Shown here: one piece after another, positions 47,442-57,765 of the stretch
How positions within the stretch are numbered: the first letter of the stretch is position 1
How the letters are laid out: each line of letters starts with the position of its first letter
NCBI GenBank assembly: GCA_002774875.1
Contig: PCYM01000006.1
Location: forward strand, 17,434 to 81,433
Reading direction: 5' to 3'
Source: Candidatus Uhrbacteria bacterium CG10_big_fil_rev_8_21_14_0_10_50_16
GTDB lineage: Bacteria; Patescibacteriota; Patescibacteriia; UBA9934; UBA11717
Length of the DNA stretch: 64,000 nt
Notes under the pieces: model-generated
Told to the model about the DNA's origin: nothing
Databases searched by the model: none
What the model saw: only the letters and a program-made list of their open reading frames with translations
Made by a program: the position numbers and the translations under genes

Positions 47442-47840
47442 ATGTTTTTTTTGGAGAAGGCTGGATCCATCATTGTAAGTCATAGGCATCCAATGTGCGT
47501 GGTGATTCTATATCAAACCAAACAGCGGGATTGGACATTCCCAAAAGGACACGTGGAACCTGGTGAATCGTTCGCGCAAACAGCGAGACGAGAAACAAAA
47601 GAGGAGACAGGACTAGATGTTGAGGTAGGTGAGGAGTTGGGAGTCACCCAATATATACATCCAAATGGGCAGGAAATATCCGTGCACTGGTTTAGGACAC
47701 AATCACATGACGACGCAGAACTTAAGCCGGAATTTGCGGGAGGTGAAGCCGTGTGGGTGCCGTTGGATGCGGTTGAGGCTCGCCTTACGTACGCTAGCGA
47801 CAAAGCATTTTTTGCATCAATCAAGGATCAACTCGGTTAA
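47442..47840 (+). CDS. NUDIX hydrolase
   Basis: NUDIX box GHVEPGESFAQTARRETKEETGL. Confidence 0.8.
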   Translation: MFFLEKAGSIIVSHRHPMCVVILYQTKQRDWTFPKGHVEPGESFAQTARRETKEETGLDVEVGEELGVTQYIHPNGQEISVHWFRTQSHDDAELKPEFAGGEAVWVPLDAVEARLTYASDKAFFASIKDQLG

Positions 47841-47868
47841 GCGGGTGGCACGTAGGGCGCATTATAGA

Positions 47869-47905
47869 AGGTTTCAAATAGACAACGATCGTCGGTGTTT
47901 TGAAA
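47869..47905. repeat. palindromic element, family A (38-bp copy)
   Basis: GGTTTCAAATAGACAACGATCGTCGGTGTTTTGAAAC, immediately after the NUDIX gene. Confidence 0.6.
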
Positions 47906-48018
47906 CATTAAAGGAGGATGGTACGCAATTGCGTGCTGTTTTTTATGGGCGCGTGATCCTCACGAGATTGAGGCTTATGGGTTGACAAAAAGCAACAGTT
48001 GCTGTATGATCGCGCGTT

Positions 48019-48720
48019 ATGAAAAACAGCATCACTATTGGAAAACACAAAAACAAGTCCATCCATGTGGGAGGCCGTTCTTATGATCGATTGCCTATCA
48101 AGACGCCCCTTATTACAAAGGAGCATAATCTCGTGGACGTGTGTGTAAGCGGCACGAAATCCTTGATGCAACAGGATGATATTTTGTTTGTGAGCGAGAA
48201 GATCGTAGCTATTAGTCAGGGCCGCGCGTATCCGTTGATGCATATTCACCCGCGTCCTCTTGCGGTGTGGCTGAGCCAGTACGTTTCAAAATCTCCAAAC
48301 GGTATTGGACTCGCGAGCCCCTATACCATGGAACTTGCATTTAAACAGGCTGGTGTAGCACGTATGTTATTGGCGACTGTTGCCTCTGCGCTTACGCGAC
48401 CATTTGGAATTCATGGAGTCTTTTATTTGGTGGCGGGTAACAGTGTAAACGCGATCGATGGTCCTTGTGACTTTGCGATCCCGCCTTATAATCACTATGC
48501 AAAAATGGCTCCACAGAAACCAAGCCGCGTGGCCAAGGAACTCAAGCGCGAGCTCGGGTTTGACGTGGTAGTGATCGATGCAAATGATCTTGGCGTCAAT
48601 ATTCTTGGTAAGTCGAGCCGTAAAATTTCTACACGTTTTTGTAAGGAGTTGTTTAAGGACAATCCTATGGGACAGAGCACCGAGCAAACGCCGATTTGTA
48701 TTGTGCGTCTTGCGGCTTAG
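48019..48720 (+). CDS. F420-0:gamma-glutamyl ligase (CofE)-like family protein
   Basis: DILFVSEKIVAISQGR and ...RVAKELKRELGFDVVVIDANDLG resemble the CofE/F420-ligase fold. The assignment is tentative. Confidence 0.55.
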   Translation: MKNSITIGKHKNKSIHVGGRSYDRLPIKTPLITKEHNLVDVCVSGTKSLMQQDDILFVSEKIVAISQGRAYPLMHIHPRPLAVWLSQYVSKSPNGIGLASPYTMELAFKQAGVARMLLATVASALTRPFGIHGVFYLVAGNSVNAIDGPCDFAIPPYNHYAKMAPQKPSRVAKELKRELGFDVVVIDANDLGVNILGKSSRKISTRFCKELFKDNPMGQSTEQTPICIVRLAA

Positions 48721-48757
48721 GAGGAATCAATTCTGCGTTGAGTGGTGTATTTTGAGA

Positions 48758-48795
48758 GGTTTCAAATATACGACGATCGTCGGTGTTTTGAAACC
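48758..48795. repeat. palindromic element, family A (38-bp copy, followed by a T-run)
   Basis: GGTTTCAAATATACGACGATCGTCGGTGTTTTGAAACC followed by TTTTTGG; it could act as a terminator for the preceding gene. Confidence 0.6.
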
Positions 48796-48846
48796 TTTTT
48801 GGTTTGCGGATTGAGAGGGAATCGGGATTCCTGATAGAATGCACGC

Positions 48847-50316
48847 ATGCATGCAGAACTTCAAAAATTCTTGATCACGTTTGCGCAGACGGTATCCCTC
48901 AATAAAGGACGAGCCTATTTTGTGGGTGGGTACGTGCGCGATCAGCTGCGCGGGATTGCGAGCAAGGATATTGATATTGAGGTGCACGGGGTGGAGCCGA
49001 AGACACTACGGCTTATTGTCGAGAACCATTTTAAGGACGTACAAGAACAAGGAGAGTCATTTGGTGTGTTGCGTGTCTTTTGGCAGTCGTCGGATAAGTC
49101 GGAACAGGTAGAAATTGATATCTCGCTTCCGCGAACAGACTCAAAAGTAGCTCCGGGCCATACGGGATTTGATGTACGAGTGGATCCGTTTATGGGCGTG
49201 GAGGCAGCGGCACAACGTCGTGATTTTACCATCAACGCGATGATGCAAGATGTACTCACGGGTAAGGTTGTGGATCCGTTCGGCGGAAAACTGGATCTTG
49301 AGGCGGGAATTTTGCGTGCCGTTGATGTAGATTTGTTTAGCGACGATCCTCTGCGTGTGTTGCGAGCGGTGCAGTTTGCCGCGCGGTTTGAACTCATGGT
49401 CGAAGAAGAGACGTGCTCGCTTATGCGTGGCATGGTGGATCAACTTGCGGAACTCTCCATAGATCGCAAACGTGTAGAATGGCAAAAATTATTTTTACAG
49501 GCACGGAAGCCTTCCATTGGATTGCAACTAGCACGCGATCTGGATTTGTTTGTGGGTCCGTTGGCGATTTTAGAGAAGATGGCGCAGACCGAGCAGGACC
49601 CCACTTGGCATCCGGAGGGATCTGTCTGGAATCATACGGTGTGGGGATGTGACGAAGCGGCATTGCTTGCAGAACGCGAAGAACTCTCGGAAGAGGATCG
49701 TCTTACGCTTGTTTTAGGAAACCTGTGCCACGATATTGGAAAGATCGACACGACCACACGTAGTGGAGGCCATGTGCACTCGGCGGGACACCAGGAAGTT
49801 GGTCAACCCTATATTGCACCTGTATTAACGGCAATGGGATTTGAAAAATTTGTGGATTCGTCACAAAAAATTATGCGATTTCACCACCACCCCATGTGGC
49901 TGTTTGAACATCAGGAGGAATCCACAGAGGGTCGCCTTCATGCACTCGCGCGACAGCTTAAACCCCTCACGATGCGCATGCTCTCCTACGCCACGGAGGT
50001 AGATTTACGCAGTCGTGGTCCGTACCCAGCAGATGCAACAGGCATGCGACGCCCAGAAATTGCGGATTGGTTCCGCGAGCAGGCGTGTAAACAGGATGTA
50101 TTGGATCACCCGCCAGGGGATGTGGTACGCGGATCAGACCTTATGCATCTTGGACTCAAACCGGGACCCGTCTTTGGACTCATTGTGCGCGTGGCGAATC
50201 AACTCCACGACGATCTCGGCTTGTCTCGCGAGACAATTTTGGAACGGATGGCAATAAAAAAAGACGAGCTGCTTGAGCTCGATCTCTTGTCGTTGTATGA
50301 GACGCTAGCCGAGTAG
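48847..50316 (+). CDS. cca: CCA tRNA nucleotidyltransferase / poly(A)-polymerase family with HD domain
   Basis: Nucleotidyltransferase head GGYVRDQLRG..DIDIEV; HD motif LCHDIGK. Confidence 0.85.
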   Translation: MHAELQKFLITFAQTVSLNKGRAYFVGGYVRDQLRGIASKDIDIEVHGVEPKTLRLIVENHFKDVQEQGESFGVLRVFWQSSDKSEQVEIDISLPRTDSKVAPGHTGFDVRVDPFMGVEAAAQRRDFTINAMMQDVLTGKVVDPFGGKLDLEAGILRAVDVDLFSDDPLRVLRAVQFAARFELMVEEETCSLMRGMVDQLAELSIDRKRVEWQKLFLQARKPSIGLQLARDLDLFVGPLAILEKMAQTEQDPTWHPEGSVWNHTVWGCDEAALLAEREELSEEDRLTLVLGNLCHDIGKIDTTTRSGGHVHSAGHQEVGQPYIAPVLTAMGFEKFVDSSQKIMRFHHHPMWLFEHQEESTEGRLHALARQLKPLTMRMLSYATEVDLRSRGPYPADATGMRRPEIADWFREQACKQDVLDHPPGDVVRGSDLMHLGLKPGPVFGLIVRVANQLHDDLGLSRETILERMAIKKDELLELDLLSLYETLAE

Positions 50317-51594
50317 CTTTTTAGGTGAAAATGCACGTTCTTTTTCTGCTGCGATGAGGAGCAGGATGATAAACACCGCGCCCAACAAGGCGAGGTCGTT
50401 TTTAAGAAAGGGAACGTCTACCATTCCGTGGATCATCATTTCTGTGAGCCCGGCGCCAAACGCAACCACATAATAGCGGTTTGCTTTTTTGGTCGTGACG
50501 CGCCAAATACCAAATCCGATCAAACAAAATCCGGCAAGTCCAAGTACGCCAAATTCAACCCAGGTGTTTAAAAAGACGTTGTGTGGATATTGAAAAATTT
50601 CCAAATGCGTATGTGTGTGGAATGGGGCGATGGCAACAGGGAAGTTGTTGGGTCCGGCGCCGAGTAAAAAATTCTGAGGAGAGGCAAGGAGAAAATGGGC
50701 CGTTTCATTCCATTGAGCGGTGCGTGTCTGACCAGACCAATCTTGCAGTGTGATTTTTTGAAAGACGGTCGCGCGAAGGGATGGAATAACGAGGATCGTG
50801 AGACTGAGAAAAATAACGATTGGGAGGGTGATGGACGCTCCTTTTTTGTAGAGAAAACTGACCAAGACGAGACTTGCAACGATAGCAAAGAGCGCCGCCT
50901 CTGTCTGTGCGAGGTAAACGGCCATAAGCCCCAAGAAGAACGCGGACCCCAACACGCGTCGCTGTGCCGTGGTGAGTCGACTTTTATCATCCATAAAAAA
51001 CACCGCCAGCATGGTAATAATGGGCGCAATAAAATGACCAAGCGCGTTTGGATAAGGGTAGAGACCTGTTACTCGGCGTTCGAGCGCCCAAGCCTCTGGG
51101 ATGGTAATACCGGTAAGCGCTTGGAAGATGGCGACCACGCTTAGAATGATTACGGGGATGGAGAGGGCGATCAAAAAATGACGCATGCGGAAGTTTTCAG
51201 AGGATCGACTTATGCTCCACATAATTGCGCCAAGAAGCATTGGCTCAATGAGATAACTTTTCATCACGTTGATGGCACTTAATGGGTCGGATGTTTGCAA
51301 AAGACCCAAGATTCCACCTATTAGTACGAGTAGAATCCCAATACTGATGAGTCGGTGCCCAGATGACAGATTCTTTAACGAATCACGTCGACGTTCTTGC
51401 ATAAATCCGAGCGCCCATACTACAACAAGCACTAAAAACATGAGCTCTAAGAAGTTGGTTGGAAATGGACCGATTGTAAATTTGATCAAATAGAGGGGGA
51501 GAGAAGCGACAAACACAAGAACGCCTTTGCGAACGGTACGTGTGCAGAGGTAGGCGTAGATGGAGAGAAGCACGATGGATAACAGCGCGGTCAT
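50305..51594 (-). CDS. O-antigen ligase / Wzy-like polytopic membrane protein
   Basis: 429 aa, >10 TM helices, with a large periplasmic loop near the C-terminal third. Confidence 0.6.
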   Translation of the reverse strand: MTALLSIVLLSIYAYLCTRTVRKGVLVFVASLPLYLIKFTIGPFPTNFLELMFLVLVVVWALGFMQERRRDSLKNLSSGHRLISIGILLVLIGGILGLLQTSDPLSAINVMKSYLIEPMLLGAIMWSISRSSENFRMRHFLIALSIPVIILSVVAIFQALTGITIPEAWALERRVTGLYPYPNALGHFIAPIITMLAVFFMDDKSRLTTAQRRVLGSAFFLGLMAVYLAQTEAALFAIVASLVLVSFLYKKGASITLPIVIFLSLTILVIPSLRATVFQKITLQDWSGQTRTAQWNETAHFLLASPQNFLLGAGPNNFPVAIAPFHTHTHLEIFQYPHNVFLNTWVEFGVLGLAGFCLIGFGIWRVTTKKANRYYVVAFGAGLTEMMIHGMVDVPFLKNDLALLGAVFIILLLIAAEKERAFSPKKLLG

Positions 51595-53027
51595 GATTTT
51601 TTGAGAAAGAGTTTGACTGTTTCCATCTTAACACCACCAAGGCCCAACACAATAGCGACATAAATTGCTCCTCCTCCGAGTATAAGGGCGAGGAGAAGGA
51701 GATGATTGACGACCAAGATGGAGGTAATGCTTGCTAGGGCTACTGTCATAACAGCCGTTGCGAGGAGATAGACGCTGACATTGCGTACGCGTGGTCTAAA
51801 CGATGTCTGGCGGATGACGACCGTTGTTGTGAGTATGGCAATAAGTAGCTCGGAGATAACGGTAGTCCAGGCGGCACCAAACGCGCCGTAGAGAGGAATT
51901 GTAATAAGGTATAGGGTGGTTGCGACGACGGCCGTTGCAATGTAGGCGGGGAGAATCGCGCGTTGTTTATTAACGCCTACGATTGCGTGCGCAAACAGGA
52001 TTCCAAAGAAGACGATCGTGTTGGCAATCATAAGGATCACCAAGTAGGGAGCAGCACCGGAAAATTCCGCACCTGCAATGAGTCGCATAATCGGCTCCGC
52101 AAGAATAATGGCACCTCCGAGCATAGGAAAACTGGCGAGCGCAAAAAAATCAAACGCCTGTTGGATAAGCGCGTTCATTTTGTCTTTGGATTTTGTGCTC
52201 CAGGCACGCACCATCATTGGGAGTAGAAGCCCCATAAACATGGTGGGAATAACGGTCACAACGTCTAATACTTTGTAGGCGGCGCCGTAGAGACCAATCT
52301 CGGCGTCGGATCTGTAAAAGGAGAGAAAGAGAATGTCGCCTTTAAGGTAGAGGAGGTTAAAGAAAATAGAAATGGCAATCGGCCAGCTGCGAGAAAGAAA
52401 CTGTTTAAGGAGCGCAAAATTGATGGAGAAGCGAATGGACACAAAACGACGTGCAAACGCAATGTTCATAATAAGGAGCAACACATTGCCAATGGCAAAG
52501 GCTCCCATCATGTACGGTGCACTTGGGTAAGCGGTGGCAAACCAGGCAACCACGAGCAAAATGAGTCCGCGACTTACGGCTTCGGCGAGCGCTGGGCGCC
52601 ACATTGCGAGGCCTTTTTGATAGACGCCAATGAGCATCTGACTGCTCGTCATAAAGAAGTAGGAGAAGGCACCCACGGAAATAGTGAGTTTGACCACGGG
52701 TGCGTAGGGCATATACCAGGCGATCAATACGGCAAGCGCAAAGAAAAAGAGCCCGGAGAGCAGGCGAGAGGTAAACGCGGTGGAGACGATGGTGTTGATG
52801 TTGGCTTTCTCCTCACTGATCATCTGTGTAGTTGTGAGGGTAAATCCAAAATCGGCCAGGGCGCCGGCCACGGCCAAGAACGTCATAGCAAGCGTAAATT
52901 GACCGTACCCGTCAACGCCCAGCGAGCGGGTGAGAATAGCAATAGTAAACACGCCAAACGCGGTACCAACCACGCGGCCGATAAGTTGAACAAGGGTGTT
53001 TTTTGCAATCGCGTGAACCTGTGACAT
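51591..53027 (-). CDS. polysaccharide/oligosaccharide flippase (MOP/Wzx superfamily)
   Basis: 478 aa, ~14 TM helices; the N-terminus KNTLVQLIGRVVGTAFGVFTIAILTRSLG is typical of Wzx/MurJ-like flippases. Confidence 0.75.
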   Translation of the reverse strand: MSQVHAIAKNTLVQLIGRVVGTAFGVFTIAILTRSLGVDGYGQFTLAMTFLAVAGALADFGFTLTTTQMISEEKANINTIVSTAFTSRLLSGLFFFALAVLIAWYMPYAPVVKLTISVGAFSYFFMTSSQMLIGVYQKGLAMWRPALAEAVSRGLILLVVAWFATAYPSAPYMMGAFAIGNVLLLIMNIAFARRFVSIRFSINFALLKQFLSRSWPIAISIFFNLLYLKGDILFLSFYRSDAEIGLYGAAYKVLDVVTVIPTMFMGLLLPMMVRAWSTKSKDKMNALIQQAFDFFALASFPMLGGAIILAEPIMRLIAGAEFSGAAPYLVILMIANTIVFFGILFAHAIVGVNKQRAILPAYIATAVVATTLYLITIPLYGAFGAAWTTVISELLIAILTTTVVIRQTSFRPRVRNVSVYLLATAVMTVALASITSILVVNHLLLLALILGGGAIYVAIVLGLGGVKMETVKLFLKKS

Positions 53028-53483
53028 GGAGGCAGTATAGCAAAAGGGAAGGGTGGGAGATAGGAGGTGGAGGAGTTAACACATTCAAAATAAACAGGCT
53101 AAATGTGGGTGCCAATCATACGCAGCTTCGAGGCCGGCAGCGCCGAAGTCTCAGCGTAACGCTCAACAACTATATTCTGCGACGTTGGCGGCGGCGGATA
53201 ATGCCCTATATGGGGTGTTGAACGAGCGTGCGTGAAGCGCGATGGAGGTTGTGATGCGCATGAGAGAACAATTGAGTACGTTGCGGACGTGGATGTGCCA
53301 TCCGGGCATGCCGCTGAAGGACGCGTCCTCGGCAACGCCTGAGACCTGATCCAACATTGCCTCATTGGAGGCACTCATGACCCTCGTGTGGCATATGGCC
53401 GCGCGGGGGATCGATTTTTATCTCACATGTTTGAGTCGGGTTCCAAATCGTGCTAGTATAGCCCTACACTAACAGAAAAACAC

Positions 53484-55337
53484 ATGTCGGATTCTTTTCT
53501 CCTCCAATCATCTATTTCCTTTATAAAACGTGCGATTTTGGCACTTTCCGTGCTTGGATTCTTATTCCTGTTGGCGCCATCCGTGGACGCACGCGCCGGG
53601 TATGACGGTCTCGTGATGAGTGTTTCTCCACAGACTGTTTCTGTGGCTTCTGGTGCGTCGCAAGTTGTGCACGTGCAGGTGCAAAATACGGGGACAGAAA
53701 CCTGGTATCAAAACGGTGATGTCTTTGTTTCTGCCTACTCCGTGAATCCCAATTACCATACGAGTCCTTACCGTGGACCGAGCTGGTACAGCGATCATCA
53801 ACTTGGCCAACTACTCGAGACGTCTGTTGCCCCTGGGCAAACAGGTACGCTCGAATTTTTTGTCTATGGGCCACCTGCATTTACTGGGACACTCGTTGAG
53901 TCGTTTAGATTGGCAGCCGAAGATACATCGTGGATTGGATCGTCGTTTGATCTCACCATGCGGGTAGGTGACACACAAACGTCCGTGGAAGCAACACCTG
54001 TAGCAAACACTCCCGCCGTTTCTTCTTCATCTAATTATGGGGGTGTGTTGGTTGCATCATCCGTCAACGAGGTGCGCGCAAAGGCTGGGCAAATGATCCC
54101 GCTCAAACTCGCATTTTCCAACACAGGCAGCACTACTTGGAAGCAAGTTTCTCTCCAAACACCTGGTGCACATGTAGCCACAGGGACGGCCTCAGATTTT
54201 CGTCACCTCTCGTGGGTGAGTGATCAGATTGCGTATCGTGATATGCAGGCAAATGTGGCGCCAGGTCAAACGTTTGTAGCGGATGTCTTTTTTCAAGCGC
54301 CTGCCTCTAATGGTCAACACACGGCAATGTTTCAATTAGTTGCAGACACCGTGGAGTTGGGAGACGCGGTGGTCAACATCCCCGTGTTTGTAACGGATGG
54401 ATCGCCTGCATTGCTCAATCAACCTGTGGTCAATCAAGTGTATCGCGTGGGTGAGATGATGGAGGAACCTCGCGTGCGTGTGGGAATCGACCAAGTAACC
54501 GGGCAAGAAGTGATTTTTTCCGCAAATACAGCTGTCCGCGTATTGGAGTCCGATGCCAAGACAGAACGGTATCTGATCCCGGCGCAACAGGCGATGCGAG
54601 TCAATTACAATGTAAAAACAGGTCAATACGTGTTTGAATCCGGAGGCGTAGTCTACACAGCGGGTGATTATCTGCGTTTTGAAGGCGTAGATCACAACAC
54701 GATTTTTACGGTGGCCAGTTTTAGCGATGTTCGTTCTTGGAACACCTCACTGAATGACAATACATTTAGAGATACGTTGGAGCTGCGGTTTAATACGGTC
54801 AAAGATCGCACATGGTTGATCAATGAATTACAGATCGAGGATTATTTGTATGCTGTTGATGAGACCAGTAACACAGCGCCGGACGAGTATCACAAGGCGC
54901 TTGCGACCACGGCACGCACATATGCGTTGTATGCCTGGGAGCATAAGTCCAAGTACGCGGGAGAGTTTATTGACCTGCGATCCGACACGTACGACCAGGT
55001 GTATCACGGATATGGTGCGGAGATTCGTCGACCAAATTGGGTGGAGCAGGTAAAAGCGACGGCGGGGCAGAGCATTCAATACGACGGGCAGACCATTATT
55101 GCGGCGTACTTTTCTCGGTCTGACGGGCACACACGATCTTGGGTGGATGTGTGGGGACGCAATGTGCCGTATGCGATTGGCGTGAGTGTTCCCTGCGAAG
55201 TCGGACAAACCATGTGGGGGCACGGTGTTGGCATGAGTGCCATGGGTGCGGTGTGCTTAGCGGAGGAGGAAGGTTACAGTTATAGTCAAATTCTGCATCA
55301 CTTTTATACAGATGTGGATCTTATAAAACGTTGGTAA
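53484..55337 (+). CDS. SpoIID/LytB-domain protein with N-terminal repeated beta-domains
   Basis: C-terminal SpoIID/LytB domain (...RTYALYAWEH...YDQVYHGYGAE...TIIAAYFSRSDGHTRSW...). Two N-terminal repeats (...VQNTGTETWYQNGDVFVSAYS... / ...SNTGSTTWKQVSLQ...). Confidence 0.8.
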   Translation: MSDSFLLQSSISFIKRAILALSVLGFLFLLAPSVDARAGYDGLVMSVSPQTVSVASGASQVVHVQVQNTGTETWYQNGDVFVSAYSVNPNYHTSPYRGPSWYSDHQLGQLLETSVAPGQTGTLEFFVYGPPAFTGTLVESFRLAAEDTSWIGSSFDLTMRVGDTQTSVEATPVANTPAVSSSSNYGGVLVASSVNEVRAKAGQMIPLKLAFSNTGSTTWKQVSLQTPGAHVATGTASDFRHLSWVSDQIAYRDMQANVAPGQTFVADVFFQAPASNGQHTAMFQLVADTVELGDAVVNIPVFVTDGSPALLNQPVVNQVYRVGEMMEEPRVRVGIDQVTGQEVIFSANTAVRVLESDAKTERYLIPAQQAMRVNYNVKTGQYVFESGGVVYTAGDYLRFEGVDHNTIFTVASFSDVRSWNTSLNDNTFRDTLELRFNTVKDRTWLINELQIEDYLYAVDETSNTAPDEYHKALATTARTYALYAWEHKSKYAGEFIDLRSDTYDQVYHGYGAEIRRPNWVEQVKATAGQSIQYDGQTIIAAYFSRSDGHTRSWVDVWGRNVPYAIGVSVPCEVGQTMWGHGVGMSAMGAVCLAEEEGYSYSQILHHFYTDVDLIKRW

Positions 55338-55347
55338 TTAGAGATGT

Positions 55348-55812
55348 ATGGGAGAAAACGTAGGTAATCCGAATTTTGAGCGTGCTCAGGCTCAGGCGGA
55401 AAAAATTAAAGGAGTTTATGAACTTCGTGGAATGATTGCAGATGTTACGGACGCAGCGGTGGATCAGCTGCGTTTTGATCGCGTAATGGAAGCGATGGAG
55501 AACGATCGTTATGTAAGGGATACGGATTTATCGGAGCTCAATACAATAAGAGAGGGATTTGCGGATTATGCCGTTTTGTTGAATGAGGACCGCACACAAC
55601 AACAGTCAGAGAAGGTTTTAAGAAAGTATTTTGCAGGCATGGATTTGAACGGTAGGGAGTGGAAGGATGAGGGTGCACTCAAGATGGCACTTGATAAGAT
55701 CTACGAGGTTCTTAAGAATTCCCTTTATACGTTAGAAGAGGATCTAGGCCTCGAACACAGACCCCATCCAAAAGATGAATATCCTGAGCCACCAACGCAA
55801 GACGTATCATAG
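55348..55812 (+). CDS. hypothetical protein
   Basis: 154-aa hydrophilic ORF, no recognisable domain. Confidence 0.5.
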   Translation: MGENVGNPNFERAQAQAEKIKGVYELRGMIADVTDAAVDQLRFDRVMEAMENDRYVRDTDLSELNTIREGFADYAVLLNEDRTQQQSEKVLRKYFAGMDLNGREWKDEGALKMALDKIYEVLKNSLYTLEEDLGLEHRPHPKDEYPEPPTQDVS

Positions 55813-55849
55813 TTGTACAGGACATCAAATTTAAAAAAGAACCAAGAAA

Positions 55850-55874
55850 ACGAGCTCGAATGAGCTCGTTTTGT
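55850..55874 (+). terminator. rho-independent terminator
   Basis: ACGAGCTC-GAAT-GAGCTCGT followed by TTTTG. Confidence 0.5.
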
Positions 55875-56927
55875 GTTATAGTTGGAGAAATGAAATATCC
55901 CTTATATATTTTTACCGTGCTGACGCTCTTGCTCCCGCAGAGTGTCTTTGCGATGTCCGATACCTTGCGAGATGTGTATGATCAACGGCCAGACTTGCAG
56001 GCGGTGTTTACCCAAGAAGGCGAGACGGTTGCACCCGGAGCGGCGGGATTTTTAATGCATTTGGAGGATTGGGCGCAGCAGTATGGATGGCAATCTGTTC
56101 CGGAGCTTGCTTCCTACGCGCCAGAGGTCGCGCCACCGCAGAGGTTAAACCTCCATGCGGATCCTGTGGTGGATGCGGCGGCGTGGATCGTGGTGGACAG
56201 GTCGAGTGGAAAGATCTTAGCGGCAAACGGGGCAGAGAAGCTGTGGCCGATCGCGAGTATCACCAAACTCGTTACAACGGATGTCGTCACTAAGCAGACA
56301 ACAGCTCTCGATCAGTCTTGGGACGTTCGCAATACAGATAATGTGGGAGGTGCGCGTTTGTATGTAGAAGATGGAACGTGGTTTCCCGTACGGGAGTTAC
56401 TCTCTGCCGCGCTCATTGGATCGGCCAATAACGCGGCATATGCCATCTCCCGCGTTCTCGGCGTGCCCCAATCAACGTTTGTAGGATTAATGAATGACCG
56501 CGTGCGCACCATGGGACTCAGACGAACGACCTTGGTGGACCCTACGGGGATAGAAGTGGAGAATCAATCGACGGCAAGAGAGATCGCCTACCTGGCGCGA
56601 GAGGTATTTGCCAATAATGAAACCGTGCGCAAAACCACGCAGACCGTGCGGGCGCCGTTGCAGGGTTCGGATGGGATTGTGCGAACCATTACCACCACAA
56701 ACTGGATGCTCTACAAGCCGCAGTATGATGACGTTTGGGTGACGGGTGGAAAGACGGGATTCCTCTATGAGTCGGAGTGGAATGTGGTGGAGCAGTTGCG
56801 ACCGTCGCAGTATGAAGGGGAACGTGAGTTGATTGTGGTAGTGTTTGGGTCCGCCTCGCGCGGTGAGAGTTTTGATAATGTGCAACGATTAAGTAAGTGG
56901 GTGTGGAGCGAATTTGATTGGAACTAA
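55860..56927 (+). CDS. D-alanyl-D-alanine carboxypeptidase (serine peptidase S11, PBP5-like)
   Basis: SxxK (ASITK), SxN (GSANN) and KTG (GGKTGF) motifs; an alternative start at 55890 (MKYPLYIF) is possible. Confidence 0.85.
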   Translation: MSSFCVIVGEMKYPLYIFTVLTLLLPQSVFAMSDTLRDVYDQRPDLQAVFTQEGETVAPGAAGFLMHLEDWAQQYGWQSVPELASYAPEVAPPQRLNLHADPVVDAAAWIVVDRSSGKILAANGAEKLWPIASITKLVTTDVVTKQTTALDQSWDVRNTDNVGGARLYVEDGTWFPVRELLSAALIGSANNAAYAISRVLGVPQSTFVGLMNDRVRTMGLRRTTLVDPTGIEVENQSTAREIAYLAREVFANNETVRKTTQTVRAPLQGSDGIVRTITTTNWMLYKPQYDDVWVTGGKTGFLYESEWNVVEQLRPSQYEGERELIVVVFGSASRGESFDNVQRLSKWVWSEFDWN

Positions 56928-56928
56928 A

Positions 56929-56949
56929 ACGAGCCTCGCGGCTCGTTTT
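56929..56949. terminator. bidirectional hairpin terminator
   Basis: ACGAGCC-TCGC-GGCTCGT followed by TTT, between convergent genes. Confidence 0.5.
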
Positions 56950-56952
56950 AAC

Positions 56953-57507
56953 TTAAAGGGTGTGTCCAACTGATTCTTCGCGGAATCGATCTTCCTCGGC
57001 GAGCCGTAAAATGGTGTTACGAATTTGCTCGGGGTGCGGGACGTTCTTAAAGAGGAAGCGTTTGTCTTCTCCTGCGGTTTGAATGTACACCTGCCCGTAA
57101 TCAAGAAACGTCGCCGTCGCACCTTGTACTTCTGCCGTGACATCTTGCACGAGTGCAATGTGCATCTCAGACGCCACGCGATTAAACAATCCGTGCTGTT
57201 CGATATTAATGATACGTTCTGTGGTCACAATCCACACGTCCAAATAGTAATCAATAAACTCTTGGAATAAAAACGTGATGACGGAAAGGTAATAGATGGA
57301 GAGGAACACGGAACCAATGGCGCCTCCCTCGGAACTATGGAGGAGACTCGGCATAGTCTGACCAAGGAGCCAGGTGATCAATAGCGGGGCAACGGATGCG
57401 AGTGCGACAAAGAAGAAGAGTCGCGCAACGGCAAGCCAATGACGTCGTAAAAACAACACAGGCTTCTCGCCGGGCTTACTGTTGGGGAGGTGGTGAAGAT
57501 GCAACAT
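56953..57507 (-). CDS. membrane protein with bacterial PH (bPH_2/YdbT-like) domain
   Basis: Two TM helices followed by a PH-like domain (..DYYLDVWIVTTERIINIEQ..); matches the DUF304/bPH_2 layout. Confidence 0.6.
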   Translation of the reverse strand: MLHLHHLPNSKPGEKPVLFLRRHWLAVARLFFFVALASVAPLLITWLLGQTMPSLLHSSEGGAIGSVFLSIYYLSVITFLFQEFIDYYLDVWIVTTERIINIEQHGLFNRVASEMHIALVQDVTAEVQGATATFLDYGQVYIQTAGEDKRFLFKNVPHPEQIRNTILRLAEEDRFREESVGHTL

Positions 57508-57510
57508 AGT

Positions 57511-57756
57511 CTAAAAAATCTGATTGGTGGTCTCGGGAATAATGGAGATGCGTGTACTCCAGTCGGCGAGCGAGATGAAGTACATGGAGAGGCCAATCAT
57601 TCCAAGGACAATCACCACGTATAGAGTTGTAATAACGATGGTAAATTTGCACGCACGCCCGTAGCGCACCATGTGGTACACGTTAAAAAAGGTAAAAAGC
57701 AGCACTAGGAGCATAAAGAACAAGAAGACAAATAGGAAGAGGTTGATGGGGATCAT
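57511..57756 (-). CDS. hypothetical small membrane protein
   Basis: 81 aa, two TM helices. Confidence 0.45.
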   Translation of the reverse strand: MIPINLFLFVFLFFMLLVLLFTFFNVYHMVRYGRACKFTIVITTLYVVIVLGMIGLSMYFISLADWSTRISIIPETTNQIF

Positions 57757-57765
57757 AGGCGACGC

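Noticed and set aside
46662-48795. Possible CRISPR array (three identical ~38-bp repeats)
   Set aside because: The repeats are about 1.1 kb apart and separated by whole genes, not by 25-50-bp spacers. There are no cas genes, and the repeats are internally palindromic REP-like hairpins.
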